Notes: generated by a model not told the origin, from the sequence alone. 64,000 nucleotides of DNA from Bacteroidales bacterium UBA6192 (GCA_002422725.1 DITE01000007.1:10957-74956); one strand, 5' to 3'; shown: positions 9,858 through 18,202, counted from the stretch's first letter. A program made the numbers and translations.

Positions 9858-10448
9858 TCAATAATAACCCGATTCCTCCAGTTTCTCCTTCAGTTGCAAA
9901 CGTGCGTCATACAGGCGCGATCTGACTTTTTTCTCCGGAATTTCCAGTGCAAATGCTATCTCTCTGTAAGATAGTTGTTGGTAATATTTCAAAACGACCA
10001 CAGCTTTATATTGATTTTTCAGTTGGTCCACGGCTTTCTTCATCAGGGCATCCGTTTCGGACTTTTGTTCATCTGTTTCAGCCGACATATTGATTAATTG
10101 TTCCATTCCAACATACTTTTTTTTCTTCTTCAGATGATTCAATGCCATATTGATTGCAATCCGGTACAACCAACTAAAAAACCTGTGGGAAAACCGGAAA
10201 GTTGGCAGCGCTTCGTAGGCCTTTACAAAAACAGCCTGAGTCATTTCTTTCGCCTCTTCCCTATCATGCAACATCCGCAGAAAAAGATTGTAAACCGGAA
10301 CCTGATACCTGTTAACCAATATTGCGTAATCATTGACAGATCCATGAATTACCATCCTGATGATGTCATAATCCTCTTCATCCATCGGTTGATTTCTGCT
10401 CTCTTTCTGCAGGGTGTTGTATATGTTATTTTCCTCCGTTTTCACCAA
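9858..10448 (-). CDS. ECF-type RNA polymerase sigma-70 family factor
   Basis: Region-2-like 'YQVPVYNLFLRMLHDREEAKEMTQAVFVKAYEAL' and region-4-like 'LSYREIAFALEIPEKKVRSRLYDARLQLKEKL'. The track start at 10448 is TTG. An in-frame ATG at 10385 would give a more typical 175 aa. Confidence 0.8.
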   Translation of the reverse strand: MVKTEENNIYNTLQKESRNQPMDEEDYDIIRMVIHGSVNDYAILVNRYQVPVYNLFLRMLHDREEAKEMTQAVFVKAYEALPTFRFSHRFFSWLYRIAINMALNHLKKKKKYVGMEQLINMSAETDEQKSETDALMKKAVDQLKNQYKAVVVLKYYQQLSYREIAFALEIPEKKVRSRLYDARLQLKEKLEESGYY

Positions 10449-10485
10449 TTACCATTTAGGTTGTTAAAAGTTGGTTTTCTTCTGA

Positions 10486-11481
10486 TTAATTTTTTAATTG
10501 ATTTAGTTTCCAGATTTCCCGATGTTTCATTCTTACCAGCGGTTGCAATGCCAGTTCTCCAATTTTTCCAATTTGCCTGCGCAGTTGTTTCAATTCTTCG
10601 AGTTTGGCACCAATATCAGGTTCAACAATCAGCGGAAACCCATTCTCCTTTAGCATCATGTTGCGCTTGGCTTTGATGCTAAGTTCCAGATAAACACTGA
10701 TATAATTGTAGAGATCGACTATTGCCTCGGAGCTAAAGTGTTTTCGTAATGACATCAAGTAATCCCCGGCTTTCGTGTGGGCAAATTTACCCTGCTGCAT
10801 CATCCTTAGCAACTCCACTTCATGGCTGAACTCAATTTCGAGCCAATCCTGCAAACTGTTGTTGCTCTTTTGAAAAACAAGCATAAATACGAGTGGTAAC
10901 ACAATAAAAATAAGCGCTGTTTGGATATATGGGTTCAAAAAGAAATGATTGAAACCACTATGCAGTATTATGGCTGTTAAAAAACCCGGGATAACTGCCA
11001 GAATTAAATGCTTATCACGCTGTATGCCATCAATAAGAATGATAGCAAATAAAGCCGTGCAGCCGCCATGCATCAAGGCAGTGCCGAAACCACGAAGTAT
11101 CCAGACTACTAACCCTGGCTGATGACCAAGAGCAAACATATAAAAAACGTTTTCGGCCAGCGCAAAACCTGCTCCTGCGGCAAAACCATAGACAGCTGCA
11201 TCCACTGCAAAGCCAATCTTTTTCCTGCTGATCAGAAAAAATACAATGAGTATTTTGCTCAGTTCTTCGGTAATCGGAGCAAGATAACGGCTGAATGTTG
11301 CAAAACCAATTGTCAGCTGACTGTTCAGCCATGTGTTGAGGTAATATGAAATCAATGCTGAAATCACTCCCCAGAATATGCATAATCCAAGCCTGCTTTT
11401 GCTCACCAGTTTAAAACTGTCGAGCAGAAACAAACCTGTTAAAAACAGTAAAACCGGCAAAATACTGAACACGATATGCAT
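10486..11481 (-). CDS. PrsW-family intramembrane metalloprotease with a C-terminal cytoplasmic extension
   Basis: Polytopic membrane protein with 'ITEELSKILIV' (EExxK), 'GFALAENVFY' and 'ALMHGGCTALFA'. I prefer the ATG at 11481 (MHIVFSILPVLL...) because the longer track ORF (to 11574) overlaps the upstream STAS gene. The last ~130 aa are soluble and of unknown function. Confidence 0.7.
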   Translation of the reverse strand: MHIVFSILPVLLFLTGLFLLDSFKLVSKSRLGLCIFWGVISALISYYLNTWLNSQLTIGFATFSRYLAPITEELSKILIVFFLISRKKIGFAVDAAVYGFAAGAGFALAENVFYMFALGHQPGLVVWILRGFGTALMHGGCTALFAIILIDGIQRDKHLILAVIPGFLTAIILHSGFNHFFLNPYIQTALIFIVLPLVFMLVFQKSNNSLQDWLEIEFSHEVELLRMMQQGKFAHTKAGDYLMSLRKHFSSEAIVDLYNYISVYLELSIKAKRNMMLKENGFPLIVEPDIGAKLEELKQLRRQIGKIGELALQPLVRMKHREIWKLNQLKN

Positions 11482-11509
11482 GATCAGGAAGGCTTTGTGA
11501 TCATGATTG

Positions 11510-11836
11510 TTACTGGGATGCTGACTGCAGGTCAGGATAAATGGCAAATATGCTTGAAAAACCCGAAATATCAAATATTTCGCGAATGGTGGGCTGCAAA
11601 TTGCACAGCCTTAGTTTGCCTGCTGTAGCGGTTAGTTTTTTCTGAGCCATTAAAAACACCCTAAGGCCCGAACTGCTGATGTAATCGAGCTGGCTGCAAT
11701 CGACCACCAAATGGGCATGTTTTTCGGTCAATGGTAAAAGACTGGCTTCAAATTCACCAGCCGTGATGGTGTCGATGCGCCCCTGAACCCCAATAATGGC
11801 CGTGTTGCCTGAAATTGTTACGTTTACTTTCATCAT
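11510..11836 (-). CDS. STAS-domain anti-sigma-factor antagonist (SpoIIAA/RsbV-like)
   Basis: 108 aa. 'VVDCSQLDYISSSGLRVFLMAQKKL' is a typical STAS phosphorylation-loop context. Confidence 0.75.
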   Translation of the reverse strand: MMKVNVTISGNTAIIGVQGRIDTITAGEFEASLLPLTEKHAHLVVDCSQLDYISSSGLRVFLMAQKKLTATAGKLRLCNLQPTIREIFDISGFSSIFAIYPDLQSASQ

Positions 11837-12397
11837 CTTTAATTTTTGTGTTGGATATAAAGGATAGATATTAATGAATGCAATGGATTTGAATCTGGGT
11901 TACTCATAAAAATATACCAACAAATTATTTGATAATCAATTATTTGATCAGAGATAGTTTGTATATTTACAATGAATAAATCTATCATTCACAGAAATTA
12001 CACAACTCCTCTAAGCTTTTAAACTGAAAATCTGTCGAAAGTTAAGGAAAAAAATCTGGTTTCCTACTAAATACACCAATTAGTTTGAAAGAAATATTTG
12101 GCAATTGGTATGTCAGTTGATTTGTTCTTACCTGCCCAAGACGTTTTACGGATTGGTTGAGTTACAATAAGGGGGGGCAAGCTGGAGTTTATGCCGGAGG
12201 ACGAGCGGGTGAACACCTGAATTTAAGCGATAGTTCCTATTCAATTTAGTCGTAATGAAATCTGCATTTCGCAATGAATATTTCATCGTCTTTCACTTTA
12301 TATCAGTCTGTGTTCAACATCAATTCTGTTTGTCTTGTGTGCAGCACTTTTGCAGCCTATCAAAATTAAACATTATTCTCACCTCCAACATATTGCT

Positions 12398-13600
12398 TTA
12401 ATTGATTAATAATTTCTGTCTAAGTTTTGATCCATTTGTGACGAATTCTATAACATACATACCCTGTTTAACCGAGGAAATATCTATCATATTTGATTGT
12501 ATTTCTTTGTGGAGAACATTTTTCCATAGACAATCATAGATGTTTAATTCTTTAAAGGATTCGATGTCTTCTGTTTTAATAAAAAGCTTATTGGTAGCCG
12601 GGTTGGGATAAAAAACAACTTCATGTTGGGCAATATTCTCATAAATTGTTACAGGTTCTAAAGTTCTGAATAAGTCTGCATAAACGAAATATGAAACGGC
12701 ATATAGTTGACCTTCCGGGTGAAAAGCTACACCCTGAAAGTACTTTCCGGTCCAATTTGGAGTTACTTCATTCCATGTCATGCCATTATCATAAGTGCTG
12801 AAAATCCCATTTTCACTTGCTGCAGCAACTTCATCATACTCATTTATCGATAATGATAAAATATAATGGTTATACAATACAATATTCCAGGTTTGGCCAT
12901 CGTCAACTGATTTGTAAATTCTACCCGTACCCATTGTCCAGTGGCCTTTTGTTCCGGCATAAATCTCATTTTCTGAGGTTGTAACAATAGAGGAAACAAA
13001 ATGGTAATTCAAACCAGCCAAATACCAAGTTGATCCACCATCGTCTGATTTATATATACCACCAGGGCTTACATCTCCGTTATAACTAATGCTACCCGCA
13101 AAAAGACTTCCTGAGGTATTTCCAGTTATGGATTCTACAGATTCAGTGTTAGACAAATCCAGAACTTCTGTCCAGCTTACTCCTCCATCAGTTGAGCGAA
13201 ATATACCACCAAAGTTTCCAAAGAAGATATAGCCATTTTCAGATTCATATATGGAAATAATATTAGATGCTTCTTCCGTGATATAGAGCAAATCCCAACT
13301 ATTGTTGCCTTCGTATTTAAATATACCTGAACCTGTACCGGCAAACAAATTGCCTGAAGTAGAAACATGAATACTCCAAATCGGATATTGTCCAAGCCCA
13401 ATGTATTCCCAGCTTGCGCAATGATCATTTGAATGATACACCCCATTGCCTGTCGCAAGATAGATATCATTGCCATAAAAACAGATTGTCCCTGCCCCAA
13501 TTGTGTCGGGTAATGTCACCTGTTCCCAGTTGTATTGCGCATATGCGGTCAATTGAGTAATTATGATAAGGCTTAGAAATATGTATTTTACAGTTTTCAT
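12398..13600 (-). CDS. BNR/sortilin-like beta-propeller protein with T9SS C-terminal sorting domain, tandem copy 1
   Basis: Repeated SxDxGxxW-type motifs (STDGGVSW, SDDGGSTW, VDDGQTW, YDNGMTW). C-terminal 'VVFYPNPATNKLFIKTED...GMYVIEF...KLLIN'. I prefer the ATG at 13600 (MKTVKYIF..., signal peptide) over the track start at 13645. Confidence 0.75.
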   Translation of the reverse strand: MKTVKYIFLSLIIITQLTAYAQYNWEQVTLPDTIGAGTICFYGNDIYLATGNGVYHSNDHCASWEYIGLGQYPIWSIHVSTSGNLFAGTGSGIFKYEGNNSWDLLYITEEASNIISIYESENGYIFFGNFGGIFRSTDGGVSWTEVLDLSNTESVESITGNTSGSLFAGSISYNGDVSPGGIYKSDDGGSTWYLAGLNYHFVSSIVTTSENEIYAGTKGHWTMGTGRIYKSVDDGQTWNIVLYNHYILSLSINEYDEVAAASENGIFSTYDNGMTWNEVTPNWTGKYFQGVAFHPEGQLYAVSYFVYADLFRTLEPVTIYENIAQHEVVFYPNPATNKLFIKTEDIESFKELNIYDCLWKNVLHKEIQSNMIDISSVKQGMYVIEFVTNGSKLRQKLLIN

Positions 13601-13642
13601 ATCAATTCTGTTTTTCTTGTGCTCAGTACTTTTACAGCCTAT

Positions 13643-13650
13643 CAAAATTA
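13643..13650 (-). promoter_or_regulatory. Bacteroidota-type -7 promoter box TAATTTTG upstream of BNR/T9SS copy 1
   Basis: It matches the TAnnTTTG consensus and lies ~43 nt upstream of the ATG at 13600. The identical box is at 14925-14932 upstream of copy 2, with orphan copies at 12361-12368 and 15898-15905. Confidence 0.4.
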
Positions 13651-13679
13651 AACATTATACTCACCTCCAACATATTGCT

Positions 13680-14882
13680 TTAATTGATTAATAATTTTTG
13701 TCTAAGTTTTGATTCATTTGTGACGAATTCTATAACATACATTCCCTCTTTAACTGTGGAAATATCTATCATATTTGATTGTATTTCTTTGTGTAGAACC
13801 TTTTTCCCCAGACAATCATAGATATTTAATTCTTTAAAGGATTCGATGTCTTCTGTTTTTATAAATAGTTCATTTGTAGCCGGGTTGGGATAAAAAACAA
13901 CTTCATGTTGGGCAATATTCTCATTAATTGTTACAGGTTCTAAGGTTCTGAATAAGTCAGCTTCTTCGAAATGTGAAATAGCATAGAGTTGACCCTCCGG
14001 GTGAAAAACTACTTCCTTATAATAACTTCCAGCCCAATAGGGTGTAATATTGTCCCAGTTTATGCCTTTATCATATGTGCTGAATATCCCATTTTCGCTT
14101 GCTGCCGCGACTTCATCATACTCATTTATCGTTAATGATAAAATATAATGGTTATACAATACAATATTCCAGGTTTGGCCATCGTCAACTGATTTGTAAA
14201 TTCTGCCCGTACCCATCGTCCAGTGGCCTTGTGTTCCGGCATAAATCTCATTTACAGAATTTGTAACAACTGATGAAACAAAATGGTTATTTAATCCAAC
14301 TAGAGACCATGATTTTCCACCGTCATCAGATTTATAAATACCCCCCGGACTAACAGCTCCGGAATAACTTGTGCTACCCGCGAAGAGTATTCCCTCATCA
14401 TTTTCCGTTATGGATTTTACAACTTCCATGTACAACAAATCGAGAACTTCTGACCAAATTGAACCTCCATCGGTTGATCGATAAATACCCCCCCAATTAC
14501 CAAAGAAAATATAACCACTGTCAGATTCATATATGGAGATAATATTAGATGCTTCTTCTGTTATATAGAGCAAATCCCAATTATTATTGCCTTCGTATTT
14601 AAATATTCCTGAACCTGTACCGGCAAACAAATTGCCTGAAGTAGAAACATGAATACTCCAAATCGGATGTTGACCTAGCCCAATATATTCCCAGCTTGTG
14701 CAAAGATCATTTGAATGATACACCCCATTGCCCGTCGCAAGGTAAATATCATTGTCATAAAAACAGATTGATCCTGCCCCAATTGAATCGGGTAATGTTA
14801 CCTGTTCCCAGTTGTATTGCGCATTTGAGGTTAACTGGGTAATTAGTATTAGAACTATAAATATGTATTTTACAGTTTTCAT
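13680..14882 (-). CDS. BNR/sortilin-like beta-propeller protein with T9SS C-terminal sorting domain, tandem copy 2
   Basis: 400 aa and mostly identical to copy 1 by eye. It has the same signal peptide, the same BNR-type motifs and 'VVFYPNPATNELFIKTED'. Confidence 0.75.
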   Translation of the reverse strand: MKTVKYIFIVLILITQLTSNAQYNWEQVTLPDSIGAGSICFYDNDIYLATGNGVYHSNDLCTSWEYIGLGQHPIWSIHVSTSGNLFAGTGSGIFKYEGNNNWDLLYITEEASNIISIYESDSGYIFFGNWGGIYRSTDGGSIWSEVLDLLYMEVVKSITENDEGILFAGSTSYSGAVSPGGIYKSDDGGKSWSLVGLNNHFVSSVVTNSVNEIYAGTQGHWTMGTGRIYKSVDDGQTWNIVLYNHYILSLTINEYDEVAAASENGIFSTYDKGINWDNITPYWAGSYYKEVVFHPEGQLYAISHFEEADLFRTLEPVTINENIAQHEVVFYPNPATNELFIKTEDIESFKELNIYDCLGKKVLHKEIQSNMIDISTVKEGMYVIEFVTNESKLRQKLLIN

Positions 14883-14924
14883 TTCAATTCTGTTTTACTT
14901 GTGTGCAGCACTTTTGCAGCCTAT

Positions 14925-15009
14925 CAAAATTAAACATTATTCTCACCTCCAATATATTGTATTCAAATTTTTCTCCAATCGCATAGAATGTAATCTTCGA
15001 AAGGTTCAA
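14925..15009. repeat. Direct repeat, left copy, flanking the HEPN/NTase cassette
   Basis: By hand alignment, this 85-nt segment matches 15898-15982 with 4 mismatches. The first 41 nt are identical. Confidence 0.85.
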
Positions 15010-15097
15010 GATGCTCAAATGGGGGTTTGTTCAGGAGGGAATTGACAGCAGGGTAGGCGAGTGGAAAACTCCTGATTCTTGTACGTTTCTGGCTTTT

Positions 15098-15409
15098 TTA
15101 TTTTATTTCTATTCCAGTTTTCACTATTTCATAAACAAAAGGATTGTCCGAAAGAAAATCTTGTCTGGATAAAGGATGCGGTTCAATCCTAGAATCGAAC
15201 TTTGCGGCTAATAACATTAATTGAACTTGTATATCAAATTTGTCAGAATCCCTGAGATTATCAATAATCAATGCAATATCAATATCACTTTCAGGTCTTT
15301 GATTGTTTTTAGCAAATGAACCAAAAAGATACGCAGTAACAAATCCTGGTGTCTGATTTGCTACGCTTGAAATATATTGCCGAATTATTGAATCAGTTCT
15401 TTTATCCAT
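15098..15409 (-). CDS. Minimal nucleotidyltransferase (MNT-type antitoxin-like)
   Basis: 103 aa. 'YLFGSFAKNNQRPESDIDIALII' matches the GSx(n)DxD nucleotidyltransferase signature. It overlaps the upstream HEPN gene by 25 nt. Confidence 0.75.
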   Translation of the reverse strand: MDKRTDSIIRQYISSVANQTPGFVTAYLFGSFAKNNQRPESDIDIALIIDNLRDSDKFDIQVQLMLLAAKFDSRIEPHPLSRQDFLSDNPFVYEIVKTGIEIK

Positions 15410-15789
15410 TGTCTGTTAATTTTAAGGTTCTCAATCCAGATTGCTGTAAACTCTGGTGTACATTTTTGTTGAAAACTCATTTTATAATCGTCATATCTTG
15501 CATTAATATTAAATGCTGTTGTGGTCACGAAAAATAATTTTTGATCGTCAGATAATTCCAAATCACATTTTTCAGCAAGTCGCAATAAATTATGAAGAAA
15601 GGGGGGATAGTCATTTTTTGTCTTTACGTACAAAGCCTTTAATAATTTTTCAATCATTAAATGGCCTATAAATAATGCCCAATTGAATTTTTTACTTTCA
15701 AACATGGCAATCATTGTATCAAAGTCATCATCTGAACTGTCTGACCAATACCTTATCAACTTATCCTTATCAAAATCCCGTTTTTCCAT
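15385..15789 (-). CDS. HEPN-domain protein (toxin-like partner of the nucleotidyltransferase)
   Basis: 134 aa, all-helical. 'IEKLLKALYV', 'FLHNLLRLAEK' and 'FNINARYDDY' resemble HEPN (PF05168-like) proteins that pair with minimal NTases. Confidence 0.65.
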   Translation of the reverse strand: MEKRDFDKDKLIRYWSDSSDDDFDTMIAMFESKKFNWALFIGHLMIEKLLKALYVKTKNDYPPFLHNLLRLAEKCDLELSDDQKLFFVTTTAFNINARYDDYKMSFQQKCTPEFTAIWIENLKINRQWIKELIQ

Positions 15790-15897
15790 TTTTCAAATGT
15801 ACTAAATTTTCATTAAGGCCTTAACATACATGGCAGTGTCTTTTTCGCCATGACGCAAAATTACTTGCTAAACACACCCCTATATCATTTAGCTTAC

Positions 15898-15982
15898 CAA
15901 AATTAAACATTATTCTCACCTCCAATATATTGTATTCATATTATTCTCCAATCACATGGAATGTAATCTTCGAAAGGTTCAA
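15898..15982. repeat. Direct repeat, right copy, flanking the HEPN/NTase cassette
   Basis: See the left copy. It contains 'caaaatta' (TAATTTTG on the minus strand) about 110 nt upstream of the HEPN start codon. Confidence 0.85.
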
Positions 15983-16201
15983 ATGGAGGTTGAATCAGTA
16001 AATAAAGATTATTTCTTTCACAAAGCATTGATGGTTTTGCCAACCCTATCAAATAGTACGGCACAATTGATCCTCCCACCTTTTAGGTTGGGCTTAAGAA
16101 AAAAGAGAGCTTGAAGAATAGCTTATTTTCTGAAGATCAGAATAGAATGAAAAACACAGACAATGTGCTTAAATGGAATTCTTTACCGGATGCACGAAAG
16201 C

Positions 16202-16657
16202 TTAATCCCTGTAAATTTTCACATTAACAGCATTCATGCCCTTCTGGCCCCTGACCACCTCATAGGTAACTTTATTGTTTTCCTTAATGGGCTCAATAAG
16301 ACCGTTAATGTGCACGAAAACATCCTGTTGGGTGGCAGAATCCCTGATGAAACCGAAACCTTTTGAACTGTCGAAAAAAGTAACTATTCCAATCTTTATC
16401 AGATCGGCAGGATCGGCAGGGGCACTCTTTCTGACTCCAATTTCAATGTCGTCAAGATTAACTTTCGTACGCTGTAACTGATCTGGCGGAATGGAACTTA
16501 TCTGGCCGAACTCGTCTACATAGGCAATCATGCTGTCCAGATCGCCACTTCCTTTGTTTTCTTTGCGATCAGAACGCTTTTGTTCTTTCTCTTTTCGTTT
16601 TTTTTCCTTTTTGATCCGGGTTTCTTTTTTTCCAAATGTTTCGCGTGGGGCTCCCAT
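16202..16657 (-). CDS. Cold-shock-domain protein with Lys-rich N-terminal extension
   Basis: The C-terminal 65 aa, 'GIVTFFDSSKGFGFIRDSATQQDVFVHINGL...YEVVRGQKGMNAVNVKI', is a CSD with RNP1-like KGFGFI and RNP2-like VFVH. The N-terminal ~85 aa include 'KKETRIKKEKKRKEKEQKRSDRKENK'. Confidence 0.85.
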   Translation of the reverse strand: MGAPRETFGKKETRIKKEKKRKEKEQKRSDRKENKGSGDLDSMIAYVDEFGQISSIPPDQLQRTKVNLDDIEIGVRKSAPADPADLIKIGIVTFFDSSKGFGFIRDSATQQDVFVHINGLIEPIKENNKVTYEVVRGQKGMNAVNVKIYRD

Positions 16658-16981
16658 AGAGTGGTTTTAATAAGTAATTGGTTTCATTCGTATTCCCGGG
16701 TGCTGCACCGAAAAGCAGCGTTTTCAAACGCACCGGAAATGTGTGCAAATGTACGATATTATTTTGATATAATCCTTAGGTGTTCATGTTCAGTAATTTC
16801 TGATAATGTGTTTGTTTAGTCTGCGAACAGCACTCATGTGGTCACTTGTCGCTAAAATGCCTATCTTTGCAGCTCAATTAATTGAAAACGGCAAGTTGTT
16901 AGCCGCAATATTATCAATACATTTTTCGCCGGTGCAGAAAATGCAACGTCTTTTCCGGCCCTATTTTACCTAAAAAATTTC

Positions 16982-18202
16982 ATGCATTTTAAAAATCTCA
17001 ACCTGATAGAACCTATCCTGAAAGCCTTGATAGCAGAAGGATACACAATTCCAACCCCCATTCAGCAACAATCTATTCCCCATATCCTTGCAGGACGCGA
17101 CCTTCAGGGCTGCGCGCAAACCGGAACAGGAAAAACCGCCGCTTTTGCGCTTCCCATCATCCAGCATCTGTTTGAACAAAAGCAACACAGACCAGGCATC
17201 AAAGTGCTTGTGCTGACACCAACCAGAGAACTGGCCATACAAATTGACGAAAGTTTTGTTTCGTATGGAAAGTATACCAATTTGAAACATACAGTGGTTT
17301 ATGGTGGTGTGTCGCAACTTCATCAAGTGAACGCTTTGAAAAAAGGCATTGAAGTGCTGATAGCAACACCAGGGCGATTGCTTGACCTGATTGATCAGGG
17401 CTTTATCAACCTGAGCCGGCTCGAAATTTTCGTGCTCGATGAGGCCGACCGCATGCTCGACATGGGTTTCATCCACGATGTGAAAAGAGTAATTGCCTTA
17501 TTGCCGCAAAAACGACAAACCCTGTTTTTTTCGGCGACCATGCCCCCAGCAATTCAAAAACTGGCCAAATCATTGCTTGTCAATCCTGCCAAAGTTGAAG
17601 TTACCCCTCCTACCTCAACAGTCGAAAAAATTGAACAAAGCTTATATCATACCAACAAAAGTGACAAACCTGAACTCTTATTTCACTTGCTGAACGAACA
17701 ATTAATCGAAACTGCACTGGTCTTTACAAGAACCAAACATGGAGCCGACAGGGTTGTTAAGTATCTTCTGCGAATGAACGTCAAAGCGGCTGCCATACAT
17801 GGTAATAAAAGCCAGAACAACCGTCAGGCCGCTTTAAGCAATTTCAAAACCGGCCAGCTGCGGGTACTCGTGGCAACAGATATTGCAGCAAGGGGTATTG
17901 ATATCGACGAACTTACCCATGTGTTTAATTACGACTTGCCCGACGTACCCGAAACCTACATTCACCGGATTGGCCGGACAGGACGGGCAGGTAAAAGCGG
18001 AAATGCAATTGCTTTTTGCGATGTTGAAGAAAAATCGGAGTTGAACGACATCGAAAAACTAATCGGCAAGAAAATTCCGGTTGTCGATGAACATCCATTC
18101 AAGCCTCTAACGGCACATTTTGTTTCAAAACAAGCTCCCGTTTCATCAAACAGACCCCAAAAACGCCAATGGAACAGTCATCGGGTTCCATCTGGTCGTT
18201 AA
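16982..18202 (+). CDS. rhlE: DEAD-box ATP-dependent RNA helicase (RhlE-like)
   Basis: Q-motif 'TPIQQQSIP', Walker A 'AQTGTGKTAAF', 'VLDEADRMLDMGF', 'SAT', 'HRIGRTGRAG'. Confidence 0.9.
   Translation: MHFKNLNLIEPILKALIAEGYTIPTPIQQQSIPHILAGRDLQGCAQTGTGKTAAFALPIIQHLFEQKQHRPGIKVLVLTPTRELAIQIDESFVSYGKYTNLKHTVVYGGVSQLHQVNALKKGIEVLIATPGRLLDLIDQGFINLSRLEIFVLDEADRMLDMGFIHDVKRVIALLPQKRQTLFFSATMPPAIQKLAKSLLVNPAKVEVTPPTSTVEKIEQSLYHTNKSDKPELLFHLLNEQLIETALVFTRTKHGADRVVKYLLRMNVKAAAIHGNKSQNNRQAALSNFKTGQLRVLVATDIAARGIDIDELTHVFNYDLPDVPETYIHRIGRTGRAGKSGNAIAFCDVEEKSELNDIEKLIGKKIPVVDEHPFKPLTAHFVSKQAPVSSNRPQKRQWNSHRVPSGR

Larger units (their letters stand above)
12318..14961 (-). repeat. Tandem duplication with a 1282-bp period (gene plus its ~80-bp upstream region), plus an orphan third copy of the upstream region at 12318-12397
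   Basis: The stop codons at 12398 and 13680 are exactly 1282 nt apart. The string 'cttttgcagcctatcaaaattaaacattattctcacctccaa(c/t)atattg' recurs at about 12346, 13628 (one or two mismatches) and 14910. Confidence 0.85.

Noticed and set aside
10098-10676. 192-aa plus-strand ORF spanning the sigma factor gene and the PrsW 3' end
   Set aside because: It is antisense to two well-supported minus-strand genes and crosses their intergenic gap. The product is low-complexity and Leu/Phe-rich with no recognisable motifs. It is most likely a shadow ORF.
11837-12317. ~480-bp non-coding stretch, including a G7 run at 12171-12177, examined for a tRNA, riboswitch, small RNA or phase-variable tract
   Set aside because: I could not fold a cloverleaf or recognise any riboswitch core by eye. 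The G-run is not inside a gene or an obvious promoter spacer. The question is unresolved rather than disproved; a covariance-model scan (Rfam, tRNAscan) would settle it.
12398-13645. Track ORF start at 13645 giving a 15-aa N-terminal extension (MIGCKSTEHKKNRID)
   Set aside because: The paralog starts at the equivalent internal Met (MKTVKYIF...), which begins a typical signal peptide. The extension would also run through the repeated promoter segment.
12318-15982. Recurring ~40-85-bp identical segments considered as a possible CRISPR or other short-repeat array
   Set aside because: The copies are spaced 1282, 1282 and 973 bp apart, and each lies upstream of a gene start. They are duplicated promoter/5' regions. 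They are not short, regularly spaced repeats with spacers.
16970-17476. 168-aa minus-strand ORF
   Set aside because: It is antisense to the 5' part of the DEAD-box helicase gene, which carries the Q motif, Walker A and DEAD box.
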